From Poseidonia sp. (GTDB taxonomy: Archaea > Thermoplasmatota > Poseidoniia > Poseidoniales > Poseidoniaceae): 64,000 bases of DNA. Positions 9,463 to 18,784 of the stretch are shown here, one piece after another (positions within the stretch are counted from its first letter, which is position 1; every line of letters begins with the position of its first letter). A model generated the notes under the pieces. That model was not told the DNA's origin. It saw only the letters and a program-made list of their open reading frames with translations, and searched no databases. The stretch is taken from positions 1,436-65,435 of the forward strand of contig JBMYQB010000005.1 of assembly GCA_049600935.1 (NCBI GenBank). Reading direction: 5' to 3'. The position numbers and the translations under genes were made by a program.

Positions 9463-10416
9463 ATGGACGGGGAGCGTGTTGTACTCATCGCGGTGAATCA
9501 GCGGGACATCGCCAGCACGAATCAGGCTGATATCCTACGTGAACTGGATGCATGGAAGAAGATGCCCGCCGTTGAAGGGAATCCTGCCTATGCCTTGGAC
9601 CATGTTCGAATGCTCTACCTTCCCGACGGTTTGTTGTTTGAAGATCATCTTGACCAGCGTTGGAAGGATGCAACGGGTGAAACGGTCTCTGAAATCATCT
9701 TTCCATCTCGGCATGTCGCCGCCAGCGGCAAACCATCCTTGACCCTCCACCCAATTGGTGTGCCTCATCTACCACTCAATGAACAAGGTCCATACGGCGG
9801 TCATGGAGGTTCTGCCCCACTGCCTTCGACTCGCCTTGCGCCATGGTGGAAGATGTTGTTGGAGCGAGCCACCAATAATGCCTCCGTTAAGGGCTTTGAC
9901 CTCTCGTTGGAAGTCACCCATCACGGGCCGACTGTTGGCGTTCCATGTTTGTTCATCGAAGTGGGCTCCACCGAAGCCACATGGGGCCATGAGGGAGCTG
10001 CTCGAGTTCTTGCCAACATCATACGAGACGGGCTTCTCCAATCCTCAGAAACTGCTTGGGACGCAGACCGTCATCAAGGTGAACTGGTTTTGGTCACGCT
10101 TGGAGGTGGTCATTATGCACCCAGAGCCAACCAACTCGCAGCCTTGGACGGTGTTTGGCTCGGCCATATGCTGGCCACCTATGCGTTGCCGTTCGAACAA
10201 GGCGATGATGGACAAATCCTGGGGTCGTGGAAACAATCCATCCTTGCGGCCCTTTCTTCCACACGAGCATCCTTTCCCGGGGGCGAGATTGTTTGCTCAA
10301 TGGACAAAAAAGCATTCAGAGGTTGGCAGCGTCAAGCCATCAGAGCGTTGTTGGAAGAGGAGGGTGTCCCCCTCCTAACAACACGGCAAATTAAGATGCA
10401 ACTGGGTCTCATATGA
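9463..10416 (+). CDS. dtdA: D-aminoacyl-tRNA deacylase, archaeal type (DtdA)
   Basis: FPSRHVAASGKPSLTLHPIG and FDLSLEVTHHGPTVGVPCLFIEVGSTEATW match DtdA (PF04414) signatures. The ORF track starts at the GTG at 9412; I prefer the ATG at 9463 (MDGERVVLIAV), but this is unproven. Confidence 0.8.
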   Translation: MDGERVVLIAVNQRDIASTNQADILRELDAWKKMPAVEGNPAYALDHVRMLYLPDGLLFEDHLDQRWKDATGETVSEIIFPSRHVAASGKPSLTLHPIGVPHLPLNEQGPYGGHGGSAPLPSTRLAPWWKMLLERATNNASVKGFDLSLEVTHHGPTVGVPCLFIEVGSTEATWGHEGAARVLANIIRDGLLQSSETAWDADRHQGELVLVTLGGGHYAPRANQLAALDGVWLGHMLATYALPFEQGDDGQILGSWKQSILAALSSTRASFPGGEIVCSMDKKAFRGWQRQAIRALLEEEGVPLLTTRQIKMQLGLI

Positions 10417-10455
10417 GCACCCGCACAAAGGGTCAAAGAGCGGCTTGAATGTGGG

Positions 10456-11439
10456 ATGTTCATGGTGGGTTGGTTCTCTAAGTTCGTCGTGGCCGCCACC
10501 GTCCGCATGCCGAAATGGTTTGTCCGATGGGTCAGCCGTCGCTATGTGGCTGGAGCATCGCTTGACGAGGCAGTTGCTGTGATGAAACGGCTCACGCAAG
10601 AAGGAGCCTGCTTCACCATCGATGTCCTTGGAGAGGAAATCTCTTCCATGGATGAAGCGACGTTTTTCCTCGAAGAATATATTCGCGTCATGAAGGCGAT
10701 AAAGGAACACGATTTTGATGCCAACATCAGCATCAAGCCCACCGCTTTCGGTTTGCTTATTGACCCTGAACAAGGCTTGCAGAACATTCGAAAACTGGTT
10801 AAAATGGCGGCTGAAGAGAACATGTTCGTTCGTTTGGACATGGAGGACCATCGTGTCACGACCGATACCATCAACGTCGTCATTACGCTCCATAACGAAG
10901 GCCTCACGAATGTTGGGACTGTTCTCCAGGGCCGTCTGTTCCGAACACTTTCTGACATTGGCGACCTTGAGACGACACTTGGACCGAATGCAGACTATCG
11001 AATCTGCAAAGGTATCTACCTTGAACCAGAGGACATTTCCTTCACAACATACCAAGATATCGTTGACGGGACCAACGCGGCCATCGATCGGATGTTTGAG
11101 GCCGGTGCATACGTCGGTGTGGCCTCTCACGACCTCCCTGTCATCAACCATACCTTATCGGCACTGAAAGCGCACAACATGGGGCCCGGCATCGATGACC
11201 CTCGAACCAATGCGGGCGCTGCACGGCACCACAAGGGGCCAGGGTATGAATTCCAATTGCTCCTTGGCGTGAGGGGACCGTTGCGCCGCCGTTTGCTCAA
11301 AGAGGGACATCGGACGCGAGTCTACATTCCCTACGGAGAAAAATGGTATGAATACAGCATTCGCCGTTTGAAAGAAAATCCAACCATCGGCTCCCATGTC
11401 GCCAAGGCGTTCTTGATGCCGTGGACAAACCGTCCGTGA
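10456..11439 (+). CDS. proline dehydrogenase (monofunctional PutA-like)
   Basis: RICKGIYLEPE..., GVASHD..., YEFQLLLGVRGPLRRRLLKEGHRTRVYIPYGEKWYEYSIRRLKENP is the classic proline dehydrogenase C-terminus. Confidence 0.85.
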   Translation: MFMVGWFSKFVVAATVRMPKWFVRWVSRRYVAGASLDEAVAVMKRLTQEGACFTIDVLGEEISSMDEATFFLEEYIRVMKAIKEHDFDANISIKPTAFGLLIDPEQGLQNIRKLVKMAAEENMFVRLDMEDHRVTTDTINVVITLHNEGLTNVGTVLQGRLFRTLSDIGDLETTLGPNADYRICKGIYLEPEDISFTTYQDIVDGTNAAIDRMFEAGAYVGVASHDLPVINHTLSALKAHNMGPGIDDPRTNAGAARHHKGPGYEFQLLLGVRGPLRRRLLKEGHRTRVYIPYGEKWYEYSIRRLKENPTIGSHVAKAFLMPWTNRP

Positions 11440-12213
11440 TCACTTGCGTTTCTTTTTGTTTGTACGCTTTTTCGACGTATTGGGGTTCACGCCTTTCTTC
11501 ACATGTTCTTTGGGACGTTCAGGATTGGGATTGAAGCCAAGTCGCCCTTCCTTCCATGCCTGTCGTCGCTCACGTGGGGTGCGCGGCGTGAAGTGCTCTG
11601 GATTGGGCGGTTCGTGGAGGTACATTCGCTTGATATCTGGGGCCTTGACCGTACCTCGGAGTGTTCGTCCTGCCCCTGTATGGATGGCCCGAATTCGCCA
11701 GGTTTCACCGTTGTGATCCATCAAATGTGAGCCCGTAAAGGTGGTTTCCTGCGGAACGACGAGAACATCCGCCGTGGAGTCTTCGCCCCGTGTCAGTGTG
11801 AGTTTCACACGAACCATGTCGGTACGCAGCGCCGTGATTCTCGCAATGTTCGTTGCGCTATCTGAGGACACATGGCGCTCTTCATTGGTTTCAATTTGAT
11901 GAATTTTCCAAAGTTTTTCATCCTCTTCAAATACATCACCAACAACAAATTCCTCATCGGCATCAACCACGAGAACAACACGTTCGGATTTAGGGCCCTC
12001 GGTTAGAATAAACGGGATATTCCTGGGAGGTGGCGGACGAAATTCAATGGTGTGGACATGCTGACACTCCATGCATCGTAACATGAAATCGGCACCGTCG
12101 CCCACCTTCTTTTCTCGAAGAATATCGTGAGCCGTGAGTTCATCACATGCTGGACAGTGGGAAGCATTGTCGAGGACTTCTTCCTCTTCGTCCCATTCAT
12201 CCACCTCTTCCAT
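11440..12213 (-). CDS. conserved archaeal-type zinc-ribbon protein with a polybasic tail (possibly the HVO_0476-like zinc finger family)
   Basis: Acidic N-terminus, then CPACDE...x...CMECQHVH (C-x2-C/C-x2-C). The C-terminus KKGVNPNTSKKRTNKKKRK is strongly basic. The family assignment is from memory only. Confidence 0.55.
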   Translation of the reverse strand: MEEVDEWDEEEEVLDNASHCPACDELTAHDILREKKVGDGADFMLRCMECQHVHTIEFRPPPPRNIPFILTEGPKSERVVLVVDADEEFVVGDVFEEDEKLWKIHQIETNEERHVSSDSATNIARITALRTDMVRVKLTLTRGEDSTADVLVVPQETTFTGSHLMDHNGETWRIRAIHTGAGRTLRGTVKAPDIKRMYLHEPPNPEHFTPRTPRERRQAWKEGRLGFNPNPERPKEHVKKGVNPNTSKKRTNKKKRK

Positions 12214-12310
12214 CGGGGTCCCTCACCTTTGCGCAGAACCCTTTGTGTTTGAACCCTCCGACCTAAGGTGAGGTGCAAGAGTTGATGTTGGAGACCGATG
12301 ACCGAGGGCC

Positions 12311-13051
12311 ATGGCTGACCTGCCTACGGAGGTTGCACGGGAGGACATTCTCGCTCACCTGTTGTCGAAGGACGACCAACAACCCCGTGATGAACCAGCT
12401 GTTGCAGCCAACATTCATGCTCAACTCCAGCACATGGGGCTGTCAACGTGGTCTATCTCGGTGCATCGCCGACTGCGCGATGCCATCGGCCGCCTGCAAC
12501 CGTCAGCGGTCCTTGAAGTGGGGGCTGGAATTGGGCATCGCACAGCGTGGCTCATGGATCAATTCGAGCGATCAAAACATCAACCTTCAACGCTCACCAT
12601 TGTGGAGCAGGGCGGTAAGTTCGGTGTGATTCTTCAACGCCTCCTCCAACGTTATGATGCCATGATGTGGGCGAAGGTCGTGGTTGGAGATCCTGTGCAA
12701 CTGGCGGCTGAACATCAGGCGTGGGGGTTGGCAGCGGCCACGACGACCGAGCTTTCTCAAACCCCCTTTGAAACTGCATACGATGCCATCATCGTTGATG
12801 CCCCCTCGCCCCAACGAGCCCATTTGGTGTCGAATTATCTTCCATTCCTCGCCCCGAACGGTGTGATGTTCACGGTTGAACCGGACATGCCGAGCGGGGA
12901 AGTCGATGAAGCCGATGAAGTCGGTATGGCCCTCGTGAATGGATTCAATCGGTGGATTGAGGTCATCGGCGAAACGAAAAACACGCACCATATTGCGTTC
13001 ATGCCGCTCTTTGGTGGGACATTGGTTGCATGGCTGCCCGTTCAGGCTTGA
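12311..13051 (+). CDS. class I SAM-dependent methyltransferase (O-methyltransferase-like)
   Basis: Motif I-like VLEVGAGIGHRTAWL, plus a post-motif acidic IIVDAP and LAPNGVMF. Confidence 0.6.
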   Translation: MADLPTEVAREDILAHLLSKDDQQPRDEPAVAANIHAQLQHMGLSTWSISVHRRLRDAIGRLQPSAVLEVGAGIGHRTAWLMDQFERSKHQPSTLTIVEQGGKFGVILQRLLQRYDAMMWAKVVVGDPVQLAAEHQAWGLAAATTTELSQTPFETAYDAIIVDAPSPQRAHLVSNYLPFLAPNGVMFTVEPDMPSGEVDEADEVGMALVNGFNRWIEVIGETKNTHHIAFMPLFGGTLVAWLPVQA

Positions 13052-14220
13052 GTTGCGAGGTCGACCAAACCCGACATGTTGAGAAGCCCATACCCGTAGT
13101 AATCATCGTGGGTGGTTTGACCTTCCTTTGGAACGGCGCTGTTCATGATCCACTGCTTCACGGAGTCCACGTTGTCTGAACCTCCATTCGAAGCATCGGC
13201 CTTGAGTTCTGGTTTTGCTTCAAGAAGCAAGCACAAGGCTCCCGTGACATAGACGGTCGCAGCACTCGTTCCGTCTGCGATACCCCAGCCACCGGAATCC
13301 AAGAGCACGGGCACGCCCTCTGCTGGAGCCACCACTTCTGGCTTTTTGTCGGGGTCACCTCTCGGCATGAGGATGGGAAGTGGGAAGAGGCGTCCGTTGT
13401 TGTCGCCCTTTGAGGATCCCGGCCACGTGGTGGCCTTGATGGTCACGCCGCCTACCGAAATGACCTGGTCTTCGCTTGATGGATGTGCGACATCCCCGTC
13501 ATCGTCCTCACCGTCGTTTCCAGCAGCCGCAACGACATAGATACCTGCATCGATGGCTTCGTTTGCCGCATCTCCGGAACTTCGCCCTGAACCGATGGTA
13601 AACGGAAGAATGTTGGGCGCACCCCCCAGGGAGAGCGAGATGACATGAGCACCGTTGGCTACGCACCAGTCGATGGCTTCTGCAACGGTCGCATCGTCAC
13701 CGCTTCCGTCTGAGCCAAGGGCTTTGGCTACCAACAGGTCAACATCCTTTGCAACGCCTTTCAGCCATCCATTCGCAACGAGAATTCCGGCCATTGAGGT
13801 GCCATGCCCGTGGTCATCGTAGGGTTGCCCGTTTCCGTTGACGAAATCTTTCCAACCCGAGATGCGGGCACCTTCGAGGTCGCTGTGGTCCGGAGCGATG
13901 CCTGAATCAACGATGCAGGCCGTGACCCCTGCCCCCGTCAACGATGCAGATGGAGGATTGATGAGTTCGTTGTAGGTGGCGTGCCGTTCAAGAGCAACCT
14001 CACTCGGCCGAAGTAGGATTGCTCCGTCACTCATGACCACGGCGGCAAGGTAGCCCGCAGCCAGAATCATGGTGAGCCCGAGCGTTATGCTCACAATGAT
14101 TTTGATGATTCGTATGTCGGACGCTTCTTCCACCGTTTCAGCAACATAGGGTCCTTTTGGTGTCATCGTGCCCGCATACTCCTCGGGAGTGGGCCAGGGC
14201 AAAACGACGTCGTCAACCAT
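13042..14220 (-). CDS. membrane-anchored subtilisin-like serine protease (S8)
   Basis: Catalytic triad motifs CIVDSGIAPDH (Asp), HGHGTSMAGIL (His) and ADGTSAATVYVTGA (Ser), with oxyanion Asn in ISLSLGG. N-terminal TM helix IIKIIVSITLGLTMILAAGYLAAVV. Confidence 0.9.
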   Translation of the reverse strand: MVDDVVLPWPTPEEYAGTMTPKGPYVAETVEEASDIRIIKIIVSITLGLTMILAAGYLAAVVMSDGAILLRPSEVALERHATYNELINPPSASLTGAGVTACIVDSGIAPDHSDLEGARISGWKDFVNGNGQPYDDHGHGTSMAGILVANGWLKGVAKDVDLLVAKALGSDGSGDDATVAEAIDWCVANGAHVISLSLGGAPNILPFTIGSGRSSGDAANEAIDAGIYVVAAAGNDGEDDDGDVAHPSSEDQVISVGGVTIKATTWPGSSKGDNNGRLFPLPILMPRGDPDKKPEVVAPAEGVPVLLDSGGWGIADGTSAATVYVTGALCLLLEAKPELKADASNGGSDNVDSVKQWIMNSAVPKEGQTTHDDYYGYGLLNMSGLVDLATQA

Positions 14221-14224
14221 GGTC

Positions 14225-15439
14225 TCAACCTAGCGTGTGAACTATTTCATTCAGTGTATCAACAAACCGGCGCACGTCTTCCTCGTTGTTGTAGAGGTAT
14301 GCGGAGGCTCGAAGCGAACCTTGGGGGTGCCCACGGTCGGCAAACCACGAGTGAACACAATGCTGACCGCTTCGTACCATCACGCCTGCTGCTTCATCAA
14401 GGAGAAGGGCAACATCGTGAGCAGGTAGCCCGTCCATGAGAAGGGAACAAATTCCACCACGTTGGCTGGGGTCCGCCGGTCCAATGATGGAAACGCCGTT
14501 CAAATCTTTGACGCCGTCGGTCATGATGCGATTGAGTTTCACCTCGTGTTCGTGAACCGCATTCATGTCAAGTCCAGCGAGGTAATCAATGGCAGCCCCC
14601 GTGGCCATCATGCCTGAAAAATTACCGAGACCGCCTTCAAATCTCGCCGGTGGTTTTGCCCATGTTGCCTCAGTATAGGTTGACGATTGAACCGTTTGGC
14701 CACCCGATTGGATGGTTCGAAGGTTGTCGAGGAGGTCGTAGCGTCCCCAGAGGCCTCCCATGCCAGATGGCCCACACATTTTGTGAATCGAGAACGACAG
14801 GAAGTCGATATCAAGGGCTTGCACATCGACATTCATGTGAGGTGTTGATTGTGCACCGTCAATAGCTACCAAGGCTCCGTGGTCGTGGGCGACTTTGGTG
14901 ATCTGCTCGATAGGTACGGCGACACCATCCAAGTTGCCAACATGACTCATGGCGACCATCTTCAACTTCGTTCCTGCCTCAGCACAAGCGGCTTCAAACG
15001 CTTCCATGTCGAAGGTGTTGTCCTCATTACTTGCGACAACGCGGTGGTCAATGCCTTGTTCCTGCTCAAGTTGGAGCCAAGGCACCAAGTTCGAATTGTG
15101 TTCTCGGTCCGTCGTCAGCACGACGTCCCCTTTCTGCCAAGACATCCCGTGAGCGATTTGATTAATGGAGTGGGTGGCATTGCGAGTAAAGACAATTTCA
15201 TTGGGCGTGGCAGCGTTTAGGAATGCTCCCAACTTCGTTCGTGCATCCGAAACTGCTTTTGAAATCGCCGTACCGTAGCGGTGAACTGAACGACCACCGC
15301 AGCCCGGTGTTTCGGTGTAGTAGCGATGGATGCTGTTGATGACGGATTGTGGCTTGAGTGTAACACATGCGTTGTCAAGATAGGCTGGAGGATTGTCTCC
15401 TTGGAGCGTTGGAAAGTCGTTTCTGCAATCGTTGAGCAT
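14225..15439 (-). CDS. sufS: cysteine desulfurase, class V aminotransferase (SufS/CsdA-like)
   Basis: YLDNACVTLKPQ, PLP-lysine region SFSIHKMCGPSGMGGLWG, active-site loop RSGQHCVHSW. Confidence 0.85.
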   Translation of the reverse strand: MLNDCRNDFPTLQGDNPPAYLDNACVTLKPQSVINSIHRYYTETPGCGGRSVHRYGTAISKAVSDARTKLGAFLNAATPNEIVFTRNATHSINQIAHGMSWQKGDVVLTTDREHNSNLVPWLQLEQEQGIDHRVVASNEDNTFDMEAFEAACAEAGTKLKMVAMSHVGNLDGVAVPIEQITKVAHDHGALVAIDGAQSTPHMNVDVQALDIDFLSFSIHKMCGPSGMGGLWGRYDLLDNLRTIQSGGQTVQSSTYTEATWAKPPARFEGGLGNFSGMMATGAAIDYLAGLDMNAVHEHEVKLNRIMTDGVKDLNGVSIIGPADPSQRGGICSLLMDGLPAHDVALLLDEAAGVMVRSGQHCVHSWFADRGHPQGSLRASAYLYNNEEDVRRFVDTLNEIVHTLG

Positions 15440-16573
15440 TCACCATGCCTCCTGGTCGGGTATGTAATCAAGGGCGGGTGCATTCACACCGCATGCTGGA
15501 CAGGCAATTCTCTTTGGCATCTCGGTCTTGCAGGTTTGGCACGTATTACCGATGATCACCAATGTGCCACAGCCGCTTGCCTGGCAAGGATAAGCCAGTT
15601 CGCCCGAGGCGGCACGGACCACGTTTGATGGGTGGCCACAATCCGGACATGCAGCGGCTTTTTTCGACTGTGGGCGAGCCTGACCGGACATTTCGAGTGA
15701 AGCATCAACGGCCGCTCGCGTTCGCACTCTTGCTTGGTCGCCAAGCATTCGTTGCGGGTACCACAGGACAAACAGGAAAAGAGGTACGGCTGGGAGGCCA
15801 GTGAGCAAATGGAGGATGAGGAATCCGATGTTTGGGTCACCGTAGGATGCAATATGATGCAAGCCGGCCCATGCTGAAACAGTGATCAGCACTATCCATA
15901 TGCCAAACATGGCCGTCCATCCCCTCAGTGAATGTTCAGCGAGGGCTGCTTCCATCACTCGGACATCTTCGTGGAGATGATGCACCTCAACATGCAAATC
16001 TCGGGTCTCAATGACAGCTTTCCAGAAAAAGAACAGGAAGAAGAAGACAATCAACATGATCAGGGTGCCCTCCATCATGTTGGCGAGGTTGAAACCAAAG
16101 GGGAAAGTTGGGTTTTCTCGATGGAAGAAAATTTGAGCAGCCACTAAACAGTTCCACATCACCAACAACGAAATCGCATGGATGCGCATAACAGGGAACA
16201 ACATCCATGCTTGGTATGCAAACCATCCCCAACAAATTACTGAAACCAGCATTTGAAAGAATTGGAAACCATTGATGGCCAATATTCCATCCAATCCGCT
16301 CACTTTTGCATTGCCACCGTCCCATAATTCGGTGGATATTGAACCAAGGCACAAGGCCATAATTCCAAACGCAGCAGTCAGGTAGTGCTCCCGTTTCCAT
16401 TCGTTACGGAGCAATTTCACCTGAAAATGCCATTCCTTACGAAGGCCGTTCACGGCCTCAGCAAGAGGATATGTCGCTGGAATTGGACGGGCCAAGACCA
16501 TGTCTGCCATACGAAACGGTAGTTTACTCGGAGGGAGGTTTTCTTCAACCTCTGAATCCGATGGCTCGGCCAT
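15440..16573 (-). CDS. polytopic membrane protein with a C-terminal double zinc ribbon
   Basis: About 7 hydrophobic helices, then CPDCGHP...CQASGCG...CQTCKTE...CPACG. Its stop codon abuts the sufS start with no spacer. Confidence 0.6.
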   Translation of the reverse strand: MAEPSDSEVEENLPPSKLPFRMADMVLARPIPATYPLAEAVNGLRKEWHFQVKLLRNEWKREHYLTAAFGIMALCLGSISTELWDGGNAKVSGLDGILAINGFQFFQMLVSVICWGWFAYQAWMLFPVMRIHAISLLVMWNCLVAAQIFFHRENPTFPFGFNLANMMEGTLIMLIVFFFLFFFWKAVIETRDLHVEVHHLHEDVRVMEAALAEHSLRGWTAMFGIWIVLITVSAWAGLHHIASYGDPNIGFLILHLLTGLPAVPLFLFVLWYPQRMLGDQARVRTRAAVDASLEMSGQARPQSKKAAACPDCGHPSNVVRAASGELAYPCQASGCGTLVIIGNTCQTCKTEMPKRIACPACGVNAPALDYIPDQEAW

Positions 16574-16680
16574 GATGATAGGCTGTGGTCCGCCCCTTTG
16601 AGTCCTTTCGCTCCACCGCTTCCATTTCTCCCTTCCATAGGGTGATGGTTAAACGACGAGTGGGGTTCGGCGAGACAAGA

Positions 16681-16767
16681 GCCGAGATCGCATAGCCTGG
16701 TAGTGCGCGCGACTGGAAATCGCGTGGGCCCGTTCCCTCGGGAGTTCAAATCTCTCTCTCGGCGCCA
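16681..16767 (+). tRNA. tRNA-Ser (anticodon GGA), type II with a long variable arm and an encoded CCA
   Basis: Hand-folded. Acceptor GCCGAGA/TCTCGGC; D arm GCAT/GTGC; anticodon stem CGCGA/TCGCG with loop CTGGAAA; 15-nt variable arm; T arm GGGAG-TTCAAAT-CTCTC; discriminator G, then CCA. Confidence 0.9.
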
Positions 16768-16820
16768 TTCATCGGTCCGTTGACCACAACCTCCATGTTG
16801 GAGTCGCATTAGCGGCCAAT

Positions 16821-18356
16821 GTGGAAGAAGTTAACAAGCGTCGTCAGCGTTGGTTAGCGCTGGTCGTCTTTGGCCTCCTTCTGCACGTACTGGCCATGAC
16901 CAACAGCGACCTTGGCCTCGATGCCCATGTTCGGCTCAATGTGGCGATGGATGAACAACACGCCGGCCAGGATTTGTCGTGGGGAAAACTTCGGCTGAGT
17001 GAGAGTACCGTTCAGCAACCATCGTCGGACCATGTCTATGACGGTTATGTCCCACCATGGTTCCAATCTGAACTGGCCGTGAAAACAACCGCCTTCGTTG
17101 GTGTTCTTCTGGTTTCCGTATTGGCTGGATTCAACCCCACATGGCGGGCCAGTCCCCATCGCTTTGAACCGATGTGGGCGGCCCTTGTTCTGCTCAGCCC
17201 CATCTTCCTCTTCGTCTCTGGTCGCGGCTATGATGAGGGCATCCTTGCATGCGTGGTAGGCGCAGGTGTTGGTGGCTATTTTTTCAACAAGGGTGAACAG
17301 CGCCACGAACGGTTTCTGCATGTTGTTTTCATGGCGACCTCTCTGCTGATTCTCCTTGGGTGGAAAGGATTTGACATGTCCATTTGCCTCGGCGTCTGGA
17401 TTCTAACATTGCTCGTCGGTTGGGCCTATATCCTCATCGAGCAGCGATGGACCAACCAGTGGGTCAAGTTGTTGCGACACCCCTGGAAAATGGCAGCTCT
17501 CTGTTCAACACTGGTCTATTTGGGTGTGTTCTTCTATGGCTGGCGGTCTGGTCGAGGAACATTCGGTATCATCGAAGATCAACCGGTCAACTATCTCGCT
17601 TCAAGCATCGTGGCCATTGCCCACGGGTTCGTGGTGTTCTTGCTCATTGGTTTCATGCTCTGGCCGTTGCTTGCAAGACGATGGCGTGGAGTTCGAGACC
17701 TACGCGGTCCAGGTGCAACGATGTTGGTGGTATACGGCAGTGTTTTGTTGACGGGGATTGCGTGTTATATCGGTGCATTATGGACCTTAGAATCAACGCT
17801 CTGGAATCGTTCACTCTTGTCAACGATGCTCGTCCTTGGAAACAATGGACGGTATGCAACGGCGCTGTTGATTCCTTGTGTTTTGTTGCTCAAATGGTCA
17901 GCGCCTTCCAAGGACACCTCCGAATCGAAGGAGGCATCATGGTTCATGATGGGCATTGGAGCACTTGTTCCGTTGATGTTGTTCATCGCGTTGTTTGGTC
18001 AGCAACTTTGGTCGGATGATGCAGGGGCGTGGTTGGCTGAAGAATTTCAGGATGAAGACAACTGCTTCGTCATGGTGGCCCCTGAAACCCTCGCCATGCA
18101 CCATCTCTACGTTCTGAAGACACATGTTGATGTGTCGGGTGAATCCGGTATTGACGGCTATTGGAGAACATCAGATCATGTCGGCTCGTTCTTGGAAAGC
18201 CAACCAGAATGCTCCTCGTTGGTGATTGTGGCTCCTGGCGAAGATTACAGCCCCAATGAGAGTGAATACGAGGTGGTTGCTCAGGAACAGGCTCCCTTCT
18301 CGTTGAGCGGCGGTGGAACCGACGATGTCTGGCGTGTGTTTCGTGCCACCACCTGA
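16821..18356 (+). CDS. polytopic membrane protein (511 aa) with a soluble C-terminal domain; possibly a GT-C-like glycosyltransferase, unproven
   Basis: About 11 hydrophobic helices, followed by a soluble tail of roughly 120 aa. GTG start at 16821. I recognise no WWDYG or other diagnostic motif. Confidence 0.55.
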   Translation: MEEVNKRRQRWLALVVFGLLLHVLAMTNSDLGLDAHVRLNVAMDEQHAGQDLSWGKLRLSESTVQQPSSDHVYDGYVPPWFQSELAVKTTAFVGVLLVSVLAGFNPTWRASPHRFEPMWAALVLLSPIFLFVSGRGYDEGILACVVGAGVGGYFFNKGEQRHERFLHVVFMATSLLILLGWKGFDMSICLGVWILTLLVGWAYILIEQRWTNQWVKLLRHPWKMAALCSTLVYLGVFFYGWRSGRGTFGIIEDQPVNYLASSIVAIAHGFVVFLLIGFMLWPLLARRWRGVRDLRGPGATMLVVYGSVLLTGIACYIGALWTLESTLWNRSLLSTMLVLGNNGRYATALLIPCVLLLKWSAPSKDTSESKEASWFMMGIGALVPLMLFIALFGQQLWSDDAGAWLAEEFQDEDNCFVMVAPETLAMHHLYVLKTHVDVSGESGIDGYWRTSDHVGSFLESQPECSSLVIVAPGEDYSPNESEYEVVAQEQAPFSLSGGGTDDVWRVFRATT

Positions 18357-18406
18357 TTTTGATATCGCGAAGCGATTATATCCGCTTCTCCAGTGGGCCG
18401 ACCACT

Positions 18407-18481
18407 GCCACTGTGGCTTAGGGGTATAGCACCTCATTGGTAATGAGGAGGTCGCGAGTTCAAATCTCGCCAGTGGCTCCA
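18407..18481 (+). tRNA. tRNA-Thr (anticodon GGU) with an encoded CCA
   Basis: Hand-folded. Acceptor GCCACTG/CAGTGGC; anticodon stem CCTCA/TGAGG with loop TTGGTAA; T arm GCGAG-TTCAAAT-CTCGC; discriminator T, then CCA. TATA-like GATTATATCC lies about 25-30 nt upstream. Confidence 0.9.
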
Positions 18482-18592
18482 GCAGCGAACACCAATGTGT
18501 CCCCAAAAACCGCTGATTTTTCAATTTCCTACCTCAATATATAAGAGGCGATTTTTCTGATTCCACCTTGAGAAGGCAACTTCTCAGATGGG

Positions 18593-18784
18593 ATGCACAT
18601 GGAGCGAAAGCAACAACAGAGTGAAGACATGCAACGACGGGTGAAGGAACTTCAACACCAAGTCGACGAACTGAAAGAATTGGTCAACACGCTTCTCAGC
18701 GTGATTGTGGAAGAGCCCGACGGTGTTCATACCGGCGCTGCTCCAACCATCCCCGGTCAGGGGATGATGGAAGTCTGCATGTGA
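18593..18784 (+). CDS. small coiled-coil protein (63 aa), hypothetical
   Basis: The ORF has a heptad-like stretch RRVKELQHQVDELKELVNTLLSVI. TATA-like AATATATAAG lies about 50 nt upstream. The stop abuts the rtcB stop. Coding status is uncertain. Confidence 0.4.
   Translation: MHMERKQQQSEDMQRRVKELQHQVDELKELVNTLLSVIVEEPDGVHTGAAPTIPGQGMMEVCM

Noticed and set aside
10375-11151. 258-aa minus-strand ORF
   Set aside because: It is antisense to proline dehydrogenase, whose plus-strand translation carries unambiguous family motifs.
16450-16809. 119-aa minus-strand ORF
   Set aside because: It runs antisense across the well-folded tRNA-Ser gene and overlaps the 5' end of the 15440-16573 gene (minus strand), so it is spurious.
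18171-18524. 117-aa minus-strand ORF
   Set aside because: It runs antisense across tRNA-Thr and the 3' end of the membrane-protein gene, so it is spurious.
16574-18592. Possible integrated mobile element at the two tRNA genes
   Set aside because: There is no integrase, no direct repeat of a tRNA 3' end, and no compositional break visible by eye. The gene between the tRNAs is an ordinary membrane protein.
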